A stretch of DNA of 64,000 nt from an uncultured Verrucomicrobiota bacterium. Lineage in GTDB: Bacteria; Verrucomicrobiota; Kiritimatiellia; Kiritimatiellales; Pontiellaceae. The notes beneath the pieces are model-generated. The model saw only the letters and a program-made list of their open reading frames with translations, ran no database searches and was not told the origin of the DNA. Both the position numbers and the translations under genes were made by a program. Positions 19,805 through 28,002 of the stretch are shown piece by piece. Position 1 is the first letter of the stretch. The number at the start of each line of letters is the position of its first letter. The stretch lies in NCBI GenBank assembly GCA_964639125.1, contig CAZWZW010000001.1:14483-78482 (forward strand), written 5' to 3'.

Positions 19805-21091
19805 ATGATCAGTAAATTTGGCGAAGATATTTCCATTCAGCAGGATGAATTACGCGAATTGGTTTTCCAAACCCTGGAAACCTCCGACCAGCCTTTGCGG
19901 AAGGTATTGATCCTTCCACCGGACCATACCCGCCTGAATTCCATGGCGGGACCGATTACGGCGATGGTTTACGAAAAGCTCACGGCGGCCGGTACGCAGG
20001 TGGATATTCTTCCAACCCTTGGAACGCACAATCCCATGACCGAAGCGCAGCTGCGCATGATGTTCGGCGACTCGATTCCGCTCGAAGCATTTAAGGTGCA
20101 TGACTGGCGCAATGAGGTGGTTCGGAAGGGATTGGTCGAAGGGGAGATGCTCGCGGAACTTTCCGGCGGGAAGGTGGATTATACCGTGGGCGTGGAAGTC
20201 AACAAGATGCTGTTCGATGGCTATGATCTGATGCTCTCTGTCGGGCAGGTGGTGCCGCACGAGGTGGTCGGCATGGCCAACTACACCAAAAACATTGTCG
20301 TGGGTGCCGGCGGATCGGACATTATCAATAAGTCGCACTTTCTCGGCGCGGTGGCTGGCATTGAAAATATTCTCGGGCAGACCGACTCGCCCGTACGCAG
20401 GCTCTTCAACCATGCGGTGGGTGAATATCTGTCCGATTTGCCGATCACTTACATCCTGACCGTAATGGAACAGGACTACAACTCCCGTGAAATGCACATG
20501 CGCGGCTTCTATGCCGGCGACGAGGTGGCTGTGTTCGAAGAGGCCTGCAAGCTGGCGCGTGCGGTGAACATTACCCTGCTCGATCGCGAGCCGAAGAAGG
20601 TGGTGGTCTATCTCGATCCACACGAATTTCAGAGCACGTGGCTCGGCAACAAGTCGGTCTACCGCACGCGCATGGCCATCGCGGATGATGGCGAATTGAT
20701 CGTGCTCGCCCCGGCGCTCAAGGAGTTTGGCGAAGATCCGACCATCGATCGCCTGATCCGCAAGTTTGGCTATTGCGGAACGCCCGCGACGCTCAAGGCG
20801 GTGGAGGAAGACGAAGAGCTCGGCGGCAATCTGGGTGCGGCGGCGCACCTGATCCACGGTTCGTCGGAAGGGCGTTTTAAGATTACGTATTGCCCGGGCG
20901 AGGGTGGTGTAACACTCGATGAAGTGCGCTCGGTTGGTTTTGCGGCCGCATCTTACGATGAAATGGCCGCGCGCTATAATCCGGAAACGCTCAAGGATGG
21001 CTTTAATACGCAGCCCGACGGCGAAGAAATTTTCTATATCAGCAACCCCGCCCTTGGCCTTTGGGCCTACAAGGAAAAATTCGCCCGGTAG
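19805..21091 (+). CDS. LarA-like (lactate racemase N-terminal domain / DUF2088) hydroxyacid racemase/epimerase family protein
   Basis: LarA active-site pattern retained: PPDHTR, LGTHNP, PHEVVGMANYTK (H-x9-K), and a His 16 residues after that Lys (NKSHF). ATG 19805 follows a GGAGA RBS. Confidence 0.75.
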   Translation: MISKFGEDISIQQDELRELVFQTLETSDQPLRKVLILPPDHTRLNSMAGPITAMVYEKLTAAGTQVDILPTLGTHNPMTEAQLRMMFGDSIPLEAFKVHDWRNEVVRKGLVEGEMLAELSGGKVDYTVGVEVNKMLFDGYDLMLSVGQVVPHEVVGMANYTKNIVVGAGGSDIINKSHFLGAVAGIENILGQTDSPVRRLFNHAVGEYLSDLPITYILTVMEQDYNSREMHMRGFYAGDEVAVFEEACKLARAVNITLLDREPKKVVVYLDPHEFQSTWLGNKSVYRTRMAIADDGELIVLAPALKEFGEDPTIDRLIRKFGYCGTPATLKAVEEDEELGGNLGAAAHLIHGSSEGRFKITYCPGEGGVTLDEVRSVGFAAASYDEMAARYNPETLKDGFNTQPDGEEIFYISNPALGLWAYKEKFAR

Positions 21092-21117
21092 GGCTCGATA
21101 TTTAAAGAGGAAATCGA

Positions 21118-22524
21118 ATGAAAAATACAGATATTGGAATGATCGGCATGGGAGTTATGGGGTCCAACCTTGCCCGCAACATGGTTTCGAAGGGGTTTCG
21201 GGTGTCGTGCTACGACTGGGACGAATCCTTGCGCAATAGTTTTGCCGGGCAGTATACGGAAGGCTTTGTCCATGCGGGCGACCTGAAGGAATTTGTTGCG
21301 TCGATTGAGCGACCGCGCAAAATCATGATGATGATCAAGGCGGGGTCGCCTGTGGATTCCGTGCTCAACGAACTGGCTCCGCTGCTGGAGCCCGGCGATG
21401 TGCTGATTGATGGCGGAAACTCGCAATGGCAGGATACGGATCGACGTATTGAGTTTTGCGAAGAACAGGGCTTGCTCTTTGTCGGTTGCGGTGTGTCCGG
21501 CGGTGAAGAAGGCGCGCTCAACGGTCCAGCGCTGATGCCGGGAGGATCGGCCGGAGCGTGGGATTTGATCCAGCCCATCTTCGAGGCGATTGCCGCACGT
21601 ACGGCCAAGGGCGATGTCTGCGTGGGATGGATCGGGCGGGGGGGCTCAGGTCATTTTGTAAAGATGGTGCACAACGGCATTGAGTATGGCGATATGCAGA
21701 TGACCTGCGAAACCTATCAGGTGATGCGCGATGGCCTCGGCATGTCGAACATTGCGATGTCGGAGGTGTTTGGCCGCTGGAACAAAGGAAAACTGAATTC
21801 CTACCTGATTGAAATCACGCGGGATATTCTGGCCTTCGAGACCGAAGGGGGTGAACAACCGGTTGACTACATTCTCGATGCCGCCGGGCAGAAGGGCACC
21901 GGCAAGTGGACGCTGATTGCGGCACTGGATGCCGGCGAGCCGTTGCCGTTGATTGGCGAGGCGGTATTTGCCCGCTGTCTTTCGGCGCTGAAGAGCGATC
22001 GCGAAATGGCCGCGTCACTGTTGCCGGGGCCAAAACCCCACATCGATGTTGAGCCGGAGGATTTTGTTGCGGAGGTAAAGGAGGCGCTTTATGGGTCGAA
22101 GATCATTTCCTATGCGCAGGGCTTCCAACTAATTCAGCAGGTATCGAAAGAACGCAACTGGAACATTGATCTTTCCGGTTTGGCCCAACTGTGGCGGGGC
22201 GGGTGTATTATTCGGTCGACGTTGTTGCGTACAATCAAGGAAGCCTTCGAACGGAATCCCGATTTAACGAATCTGCTGCTCGACCCTCTCATCTCTGAAT
22301 CGGTCGGCGAGGCTCAGGTTCACTGGCGCAATGCCGTGGCGCGGATGACGCGCGCGGGTATCGCGTCTCCGGCGATGAGCTCGGCGCTTTCGTACTATGA
22401 CGGTTTCCGCACAGCGCGGGGCTCGGCCAACCTGTTGCAGGCACAGCGCGACTATTTCGGGGCGCATACCTACGAGCGTACCGACCGGCCGCGCGGCGAG
22501 TTTTTCCACACCCAATGGAACTGA
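21118..22524 (+). CDS. gnd: 6-phosphogluconate dehydrogenase paralogue (NAD-type fingerprint, short C-terminus)
   Basis: Same catalytic blocks as gnd at 18287 (GCGVSGGEEGA, GHFVKMVHNGIEYGDMQ, QAQRDYFGAHTYER). Differs in IGMIGMGVMGSNL (GxGxxG) and YDWD in place of FNRT. Ends at HTQWN. Confidence 0.88.
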   Translation: MKNTDIGMIGMGVMGSNLARNMVSKGFRVSCYDWDESLRNSFAGQYTEGFVHAGDLKEFVASIERPRKIMMMIKAGSPVDSVLNELAPLLEPGDVLIDGGNSQWQDTDRRIEFCEEQGLLFVGCGVSGGEEGALNGPALMPGGSAGAWDLIQPIFEAIAARTAKGDVCVGWIGRGGSGHFVKMVHNGIEYGDMQMTCETYQVMRDGLGMSNIAMSEVFGRWNKGKLNSYLIEITRDILAFETEGGEQPVDYILDAAGQKGTGKWTLIAALDAGEPLPLIGEAVFARCLSALKSDREMAASLLPGPKPHIDVEPEDFVAEVKEALYGSKIISYAQGFQLIQQVSKERNWNIDLSGLAQLWRGGCIIRSTLLRTIKEAFERNPDLTNLLLDPLISESVGEAQVHWRNAVARMTRAGIASPAMSSALSYYDGFRTARGSANLLQAQRDYFGAHTYERTDRPRGEFFHTQWN

Positions 22525-22541
22525 AATCTACCGAGGAAAGA

Positions 22542-23966
22542 ATGATGAAAAAATTCATGGATGACGATTTCCTGCTGCAGACCAAGACGGCCAAAAAACT
22601 TTATCATAACCATGCGGCGAAGATGCCGATCTATGACTACCACTGCCATTTGCCGACGCAGGAGATTGCCGAAGACAAACAGTATGACAACCTCGGCGAG
22701 ATCTGGCTGGGTGGAGACCACTACAAGTGGCGCGCCATGCGGACCAACGGCGTAGCCGAAGAATATGTGACCGGCGAACAGGATGGGTATGCCAAGTTTG
22801 AAAAGTGGGCGGAGACCGTGCCGCAGACACTACGCAACCCGCTCTACCACTGGACGCATCTGGAGTTGAAGCGCGTCTTCGGGGTCGAGGAACTGCTCAG
22901 TCCGGCCACCGCAAAGGAGATCTTCGATCGCTGTACGGCACTGCTGCGCACGCCGGAATATTCGGCACGAAACCTGATGCGCAAAATGAATGTCAAGCTG
23001 GTCTGCACCACCGACGATCCGGTCGACTCGCTTGAATATCACAAGCATCTTCAGCAGGAAGGGTTCGAGATCAAGGTGCTGCCGACCTTTCGTCCCGACA
23101 AGGCGGCCCACCTGGCCGACCCCGCGGCATATCGGGAATATATCCAAACCCTGGAAAATGTTTCCGGTATCTGCATCAAGGATTTTTCCTCGCTGGTCGA
23201 AGCGGTCGACAATCGGCATGAATATTTTCATTCCGTTGGTTGCCGCCTGTCGGATCACGGCGTGGCCTATGTGCCCGATGCGGAAGCGTCGGAGTCCGAA
23301 CTGGACGCCACCTTCAAGAAGGTGATGAAGGGCAAGGCAGTATCGGCCGAGGACGCAGATGCCTTTCTTGCCGCGTTCCTCTATGAAGCCGGAAAAATGA
23401 ACCACAAGCGCGGTTGGGCGCAGCAGTTCCATGTCGGCGTCTTTCGCAACAACAACAGCCGCCTGTTCAAGGCGCTGGGCCCCGATACGGGGTTCGATTC
23501 GATTGCCGACTATCGCCAGGGGCCGGGGCTGATCCGGTTGCTGGATCGTCTCGACAGCTCCAACCAGCTAGCCAAATCCATTCTCTACAACATTAATCCG
23601 GCCGACAACGAGCTGATGGCCACGATGATCGGTAACTATCAGGATGGCTCGTGCCCCGGTAAAATGCAGTTTGGTTCGGGGTGGTGGTTTCTCGATCAGA
23701 AGGATGGCATGGAAAAGCAGATGAATGCACTCTCCCAGCTCGGGTTGCTCAGCCGCTTTGTCGGCATGCTAACCGATTCGCGCAGCTTTCTCTCTTACTC
23801 GCGGCACGAATATTTCCGTCGGATCCTCTGCAACCTGCTCGGCAACGATGTGGAGAACGGGGAAATCCCGGCCGATATGGAACGGCTGGGAGCCATGGTC
23901 GAAAACATCTGCTATAACAATGCGGTCGAATATTTCGGGATCCAACCCGGGGCCGAAAACGAATAA
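22542..23966 (+). CDS. uxaC: glucuronate isomerase
   Basis: FMDDDFLLQTKTAKKLYHNHA..PIYDYHCHL matches the UxaC N-terminus, as do later blocks DHYKWR and GSGWWFLDQKDGM. GAGGAAAG RBS before ATG 22542. Confidence 0.92.
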   Translation: MMKKFMDDDFLLQTKTAKKLYHNHAAKMPIYDYHCHLPTQEIAEDKQYDNLGEIWLGGDHYKWRAMRTNGVAEEYVTGEQDGYAKFEKWAETVPQTLRNPLYHWTHLELKRVFGVEELLSPATAKEIFDRCTALLRTPEYSARNLMRKMNVKLVCTTDDPVDSLEYHKHLQQEGFEIKVLPTFRPDKAAHLADPAAYREYIQTLENVSGICIKDFSSLVEAVDNRHEYFHSVGCRLSDHGVAYVPDAEASESELDATFKKVMKGKAVSAEDADAFLAAFLYEAGKMNHKRGWAQQFHVGVFRNNNSRLFKALGPDTGFDSIADYRQGPGLIRLLDRLDSSNQLAKSILYNINPADNELMATMIGNYQDGSCPGKMQFGSGWWFLDQKDGMEKQMNALSQLGLLSRFVGMLTDSRSFLSYSRHEYFRRILCNLLGNDVENGEIPADMERLGAMVENICYNNAVEYFGIQPGAENE

Positions 23967-24065
23967 GACCGTGCTGCTTGAAGTCAATGGGCGGCGGCAT
24001 AATGGAATCCCCGTAACCGTTTTGTTCCAGCACCGCGTTTCTAATCCGGACGGTTGATTCGGGCG

Positions 24066-24165
24066 TTAAAACAAAACCATTGCCACCTCGATGGAGGGGC
24101 GCTCGCCGAGCGCCCGGGCTCCAGTACATAAACGAAGCGGATACGACATTTCTTAAAATGCTCTA
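24066..24165. repeat. 100-bp palindromic intergenic element, copy B (reverse orientation, one terminus degraded)
   Basis: Its reverse complement aligns to 12459-12584 with 1 single-nt indel, 2 mismatches and one 17-nt deletion (the first hairpin). Retains GGGCGCTC-GCC-GAGCGCCC and one AAATGCTCTA terminus. Confidence 0.85.
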
Positions 24166-25131
24166 ACCGGAGTTTCGGATGATCAGTTCCGGGGGCAACA
24201 GATGGGTTTCGTTCGGGCAGTCGCCGTTGGCAACGGCTTCAAAAACTTTCTCCGCGATCTCTGCAATGGGCTGCCGGATCGAGGTGAGTGGCGGCAGGAA
24301 CTGGGCGGCGGCGGGGATGTCGTCGTACCCGACGACTTTCAGGTCTTCGGGGATTCGAATGCTCGCATCGCTTGCGGCATGGATGGCCCCCATGGCAATC
24401 CGGTCGTTGCCGCACACCAGCGCATGCAGGCGGCCTTGTTCGAGGAGTTGCAGGGTCAGCTTTCGGCCAATATCGAAAGAGGTGTGTTCATGATTCGAAC
24501 CGAAGTGTACTGAGATCTCCAGCTCGGGGGCGGCATTCTTGAAGATCTCGCTGCGTTTGCGGTGGATTGCCGTGTCGGCACCAAGGAAGGTGGCCTTTTG
24601 AAGGTGGCTTGCCTGGAAGTGTTCGGCGAGCTGGGCATACCCGGACTGTTCGTCGGAGGTGACTTTGAGGGATTGGATATTTTCGTTTCCATAGCCTATG
24701 CGGGCGCAGGGCAAATGACTGAAATTTTCCGGCCAGCTCTCCGCCAGGTCACTGCCTACGGCAATGATTCCATCAAGGTTGAATTTGGATAAGGGCTGGA
24801 GGTCTCGTTCGTTCGGGACGCGGTTCTGGAACCCGACCAGCAGCAGGGTGTAGCTATGGTCGTGTGCGAGGGATTGCAGGTGGTGGACCATCGTTCCGAA
24901 GAAGGGGTCTTTAAAGTCGTAAACCACTACGCCGATGGTACGGGTGGATTTCCCTTTGAGGCTTAGCGCGGCGGCACTGGGCACGTATCCCATTTTTTCG
25001 GCGGTTATCATGACCCGCTCGATGGTATCTGGCGCAATGCCGATTTCCGCCGCTTTTCCTGATAATACGCGCGATACCAGCGCAATGGATACGCCCAGCT
25101 TTTCTGCAATCTGTTTCTGGTTTACCGCCAT
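24163..25131 (-). CDS. LacI family transcriptional regulator
   Basis: N-terminal HTH MAVNQKQIAEKLGVSIALVSRVLSG followed by a periplasmic-binding-fold sugar domain. The TAG stop is inside repeat copy B. Confidence 0.9.
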   Translation of the reverse strand: MAVNQKQIAEKLGVSIALVSRVLSGKAAEIGIAPDTIERVMITAEKMGYVPSAAALSLKGKSTRTIGVVVYDFKDPFFGTMVHHLQSLAHDHSYTLLLVGFQNRVPNERDLQPLSKFNLDGIIAVGSDLAESWPENFSHLPCARIGYGNENIQSLKVTSDEQSGYAQLAEHFQASHLQKATFLGADTAIHRKRSEIFKNAAPELEISVHFGSNHEHTSFDIGRKLTLQLLEQGRLHALVCGNDRIAMGAIHAASDASIRIPEDLKVVGYDDIPAAAQFLPPLTSIRQPIAEIAEKVFEAVANGDCPNETHLLPPELIIRNSG

Positions 25132-25140
25132 TAGGGTCTC

Positions 25141-25154
25141 CTCAAACTTTTGAG
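25141..25154. promoter_or_regulatory. perfect palindrome CTCAAA-CT-TTTGAG (operator candidate overlapping the lacI-family gene RBS)
   Basis: 6-bp arms. Lies 10 bp upstream of the LacI-family start codon on the minus strand and overlaps its GAGGAG RBS. Confidence 0.45.
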
Positions 25155-25217
25155 ATCATGGTTTTTGGGGATATAAAAAGCAAGTTTTAGCTTGATAATT
25201 TTGGATAAAAGGTCTAT

Positions 25218-25231
25218 CTCAAACATTTGAG
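25218..25231. promoter_or_regulatory. perfect palindrome CTCAAA-CA-TTTGAG (operator candidate upstream of the SDR-kinase-eda operon)
   Basis: 6-bp arms, 24 bp upstream of ATG 25255. Flanks resemble the 25141 site (GGTCT..CTCAAAC). Confidence 0.45.
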
Positions 25232-25254
25232 GAAAATTATTTGGAGGTATAGAG

Positions 25255-26067
25255 ATGAAGTTGTTTGATCTGTCGGGAAAAGTCATCGCCATTACTGGAG
25301 CAGCTGGAGTGCTGGCTGGTGGAACGGCAAAATATTTACAGGAACAAGGCGCGTATGTCATCTATTTGGATTTGCATCAAGAGGCGGTCGATAAGACCGT
25401 TGAAGAGGCCAGGAAGATTTCTGAAAAGTGCTGTGGCTATGCCTGCAACGTGCTCGACCAGGCGGCGCTGGATGGCGTATATGAAAAAATCATGAGCGAG
25501 ATCGGCCGCGTCGATGTCCTCATCAACGGCGCAGGCGGCAACATGCCCGGAGCCACCATTGGCCCTGATCAGGATGTGTTCGATCTGAAGATCGATGACT
25601 ACAGCAAGGTCGTGGATCTCAATCTGAAGGGGACGGTTATGCCGACCATGACCTTTGCCAAGGCCTTCAAGGCCCAGAAGTCAGGTTGTGTCGTCAACTT
25701 TTCGTCGATGTCGGCGACACAGGCGCTGACCCGCGTGCTCGGTTATTCCAACGCCAAGGCGGCAATCGACAACTTTACAAGATGGATGGCGACCGAAATG
25801 GCGCTGAAATATGGTTCGGCTGTTCGCGTCAACGCACTGGCCCCGGGCTTCTTTATCGGAAACCAGAATCGTGCCTTGCTGATCAATGAAGACGGATCAT
25901 ACACGGAACGCGGCCAACAGGTCATCAACAAGACCCCGTTCCGCCGGTTTGGGGAGCAGGAAGAGGTTTACGGAACCATCCATTACCTGATTTCGGATGC
26001 CGCCGCCTTTGTGAGCGGAGTAATTGTTCCGGTTGATGGTGGTTTTTCCGCATACACAGGGGTTTAG
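25255..26067 (+). CDS. SDR family oxidoreductase, UxuB-type D-mannonate/fructuronate reductase candidate
   Basis: GKVIAITGAAGVLAGG cofactor motif, NGAGGN, SSMS...YSNAKAA (YxxxK). GGAGG RBS. Hexuronate context. Confidence 0.72.
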   Translation: MKLFDLSGKVIAITGAAGVLAGGTAKYLQEQGAYVIYLDLHQEAVDKTVEEARKISEKCCGYACNVLDQAALDGVYEKIMSEIGRVDVLINGAGGNMPGATIGPDQDVFDLKIDDYSKVVDLNLKGTVMPTMTFAKAFKAQKSGCVVNFSSMSATQALTRVLGYSNAKAAIDNFTRWMATEMALKYGSAVRVNALAPGFFIGNQNRALLINEDGSYTERGQQVINKTPFRRFGEQEEVYGTIHYLISDAAAFVSGVIVPVDGGFSAYTGV

Positions 26068-26071
26068 ATTT

Positions 26072-27172
26072 ATGGCATCATTGATGGTTAAGTCCGCGGA
26101 GGATTGTCGCTATGACATCCTGTCGTTGGGGGAAGTCATGCTTCGCCTCGATCCCGGCGAAGGGCGCATCCGCACAGCGCGCCAGTTCCGCGCCTGGGAA
26201 GGTGGCGGCGAATACAACGTGGCGCGCGGCCTGCGCCGCTGCTTTGGCCAGCGCGCGGCCATTGCAACCGCCGTTGCCCGGAACGAGGTCGGTCTGTTGA
26301 TGGAGGACTTTATCCTGCAGGGCGGGGTGGATCCCTCGCTGATCAAGTGGATGGACTATGACGGCATCGGTCGGACTGTACGCAACGGCATGAATTTTAC
26401 CGAGCGCGGTTTTGGCCTCCGTGGCGCAGTCGGCTGTTCCGACCGCGGCAACACCGCGGCGTCGCACCTGAAGACCGGAGATATCGATTGGGAATATATC
26501 TTCGGTACGCTCGGGGTGCGCTGGTTTCACACCGGCGGCATCTTTGCAGCCTTGTCCGGAACGACCGGCGATGTCGTGATCGAGGCGGCCAGGTCCGCCA
26601 AAAAATATGGAACCATCGTTTCGTACGACCTCAACTACCGCCCATCGCTTTGGAAAGGTTTTGGCGGGCTCGAGAAATGTCGCGAGATCAACCGCGAGAT
26701 TGCAGAATATGTCGATGTGATGATTGGCAACGAAGAGGACTTTACCGCCTGCCTCGGCTTTGAGGTGGAGGGTACGGACGAAAACCTGACCGATCTCGAT
26801 GTCGGCTCGTTCCAGAAAATGATCGAAAAAGCCGTGGCCGAGTTTCCGAACTTCAAGGCCACCGCCACCACGATGCGCGGCGTCAAAACCGCGACGGTCA
26901 ACGATTGGGGCGCCATGTGCTGGGTCGACGGCAGGTTCTACACCGCCACGCATCGCCCGGAGCTGGAAATCATGGACCGTGTCGGTGGGGGAGACAGCTT
27001 TGCCTCCGGCTTTATCTATGGTCTGATGGAGCTGGGCGATCCAGCCAAGGCTATTGAATACGGCGCCGCGCACGGTGCGCTGGCTATGACCACGCCGGGC
27101 GATACCACGATGGCTTCGCTTGCGGAAGTTGAAAAGGTGGTTGCGGGTGCGGGCGCACGCGTGGACCGTTAA
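26072..27172 (+). CDS. PfkB-family sugar-acid kinase, second paralogue (KDG kinase-like)
   Basis: SYDLNYRPSLWKG, DRVGGGDSFASG. Start taken at ATG 26072 (MASLMVK), just after the SDR stop. Confidence 0.72.
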   Translation: MASLMVKSAEDCRYDILSLGEVMLRLDPGEGRIRTARQFRAWEGGGEYNVARGLRRCFGQRAAIATAVARNEVGLLMEDFILQGGVDPSLIKWMDYDGIGRTVRNGMNFTERGFGLRGAVGCSDRGNTAASHLKTGDIDWEYIFGTLGVRWFHTGGIFAALSGTTGDVVIEAARSAKKYGTIVSYDLNYRPSLWKGFGGLEKCREINREIAEYVDVMIGNEEDFTACLGFEVEGTDENLTDLDVGSFQKMIEKAVAEFPNFKATATTMRGVKTATVNDWGAMCWVDGRFYTATHRPELEIMDRVGGGDSFASGFIYGLMELGDPAKAIEYGAAHGALAMTTPGDTTMASLAEVEKVVAGAGARVDR

Positions 27173-27837
27173 TGATGGAACAATTCAACGGAGTTGATTT
27201 TATGTTGAATGAACTTTTGAAACGGCCGGTGATCCCGGTGATTGTCATCGACGATGCCAACGATGCGGAACCCTTGGCGGAAGCCCTGCTGGAAGGCGGG
27301 ATGGATGTCATCGAAGTAACCTGCCGCACAGCGGCGGCACCCGAAGCACTGGCGCGCATTAAGAAGGCCTTCCCGGATATGTTGCTGGGGGCCGGCACGG
27401 TGGTGACACCCGATCAGGCGAAAATGTGCATCGATACCGGCGTCGGCTTTGGTCTGGCGCCGGGACTGAATCCCGATACCGTGCGGTTCTTCCAGCAAAA
27501 CGACACGCTCTTCATTCCGGGCATCATGACCCCGTCGGAAATCGAACAGGGGTTGGCGCTGGGCTGCCGGATGCTCAAGTTTTTCCCGGCCGGTGCGGCA
27601 GGTGGCGTGAATATGCTAAAGAACCTGGGCGCACCCTATGCATCGTTCGGGGTTCGGTTTTGCCCGACCGGCGGGCTGAATCTCGCCAATATGAATGACT
27701 ATTTGTCGATGCCGATTGTAAGTGCGATTGGTGGATCATGGTTGGCAACCAAGCAGCAGATTGCGGATAAGCAGTGGGGGCTCATCACCGAACAGGTCAA
27801 GGCTGCGCTCGCGAAGGCGGCCGAGGTTTGTGGCTAA
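27172..27837 (+). CDS. eda: 2-dehydro-3-deoxyphosphogluconate (KDPG) aldolase
   Basis: VIPVIVIDD, IEVTCRT, GAGTV, KFFPA, and a C-terminal GGSWL-type block typical of Eda. TAATG overlap with the kinase. Confidence 0.88.
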   Translation: MMEQFNGVDFMLNELLKRPVIPVIVIDDANDAEPLAEALLEGGMDVIEVTCRTAAAPEALARIKKAFPDMLLGAGTVVTPDQAKMCIDTGVGFGLAPGLNPDTVRFFQQNDTLFIPGIMTPSEIEQGLALGCRMLKFFPAGAAGGVNMLKNLGAPYASFGVRFCPTGGLNLANMNDYLSMPIVSAIGGSWLATKQQIADKQWGLITEQVKAALAKAAEVCG

Positions 27838-27874
27838 AGCGTTCCTAAGGAGACAACATTGGGGCCAATTTTAT

Positions 27875-27910
27875 AAATATATCGAGATATTTATTCGTGT
27901 AAGTTACACG
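27875..27910. promoter_or_regulatory. two adjacent palindromes in the AT-rich region upstream of ftsQ
   Basis: AAATATATCGAGATATTT (27875-27892, 1 mismatch) and CGTGTAA-G-TTACACG (27896-27910, perfect 7-bp arms), about 95-130 bp upstream of ATG 28003. Confidence 0.3.
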
Positions 27911-28002
27911 TAGATAACAAATTGAAACTTTAGTTGCTTGCGGGCGTTGAATCATGGCACGGGCTCATCTATAGTTCCGCCATTCTTTTAAGGGTGTAGG
28001 GG

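Noticed and set aside
19850-20857. 335-aa ORF antisense to the LarA-like gene. Similar antisense ORFs occur at 26078-27073, 41869-43125, 45737-46369, 57106-58377, 57171-58067 and 59914-61050.
   Set aside because: All are nested in confidently assigned genes on the opposite strand or another frame, and they have Arg/His/Gly/Pro-biased composition and no family signatures.
27896-27910. CRP/FNR-type binding site for the Crp-family regulator at 39580
   Set aside because: The arms GTGTAA/TTACAC are separated by 1 nt, not the 6-nt (CRP) or 4-nt (FNR) spacing. It was kept only as a generic palindrome.
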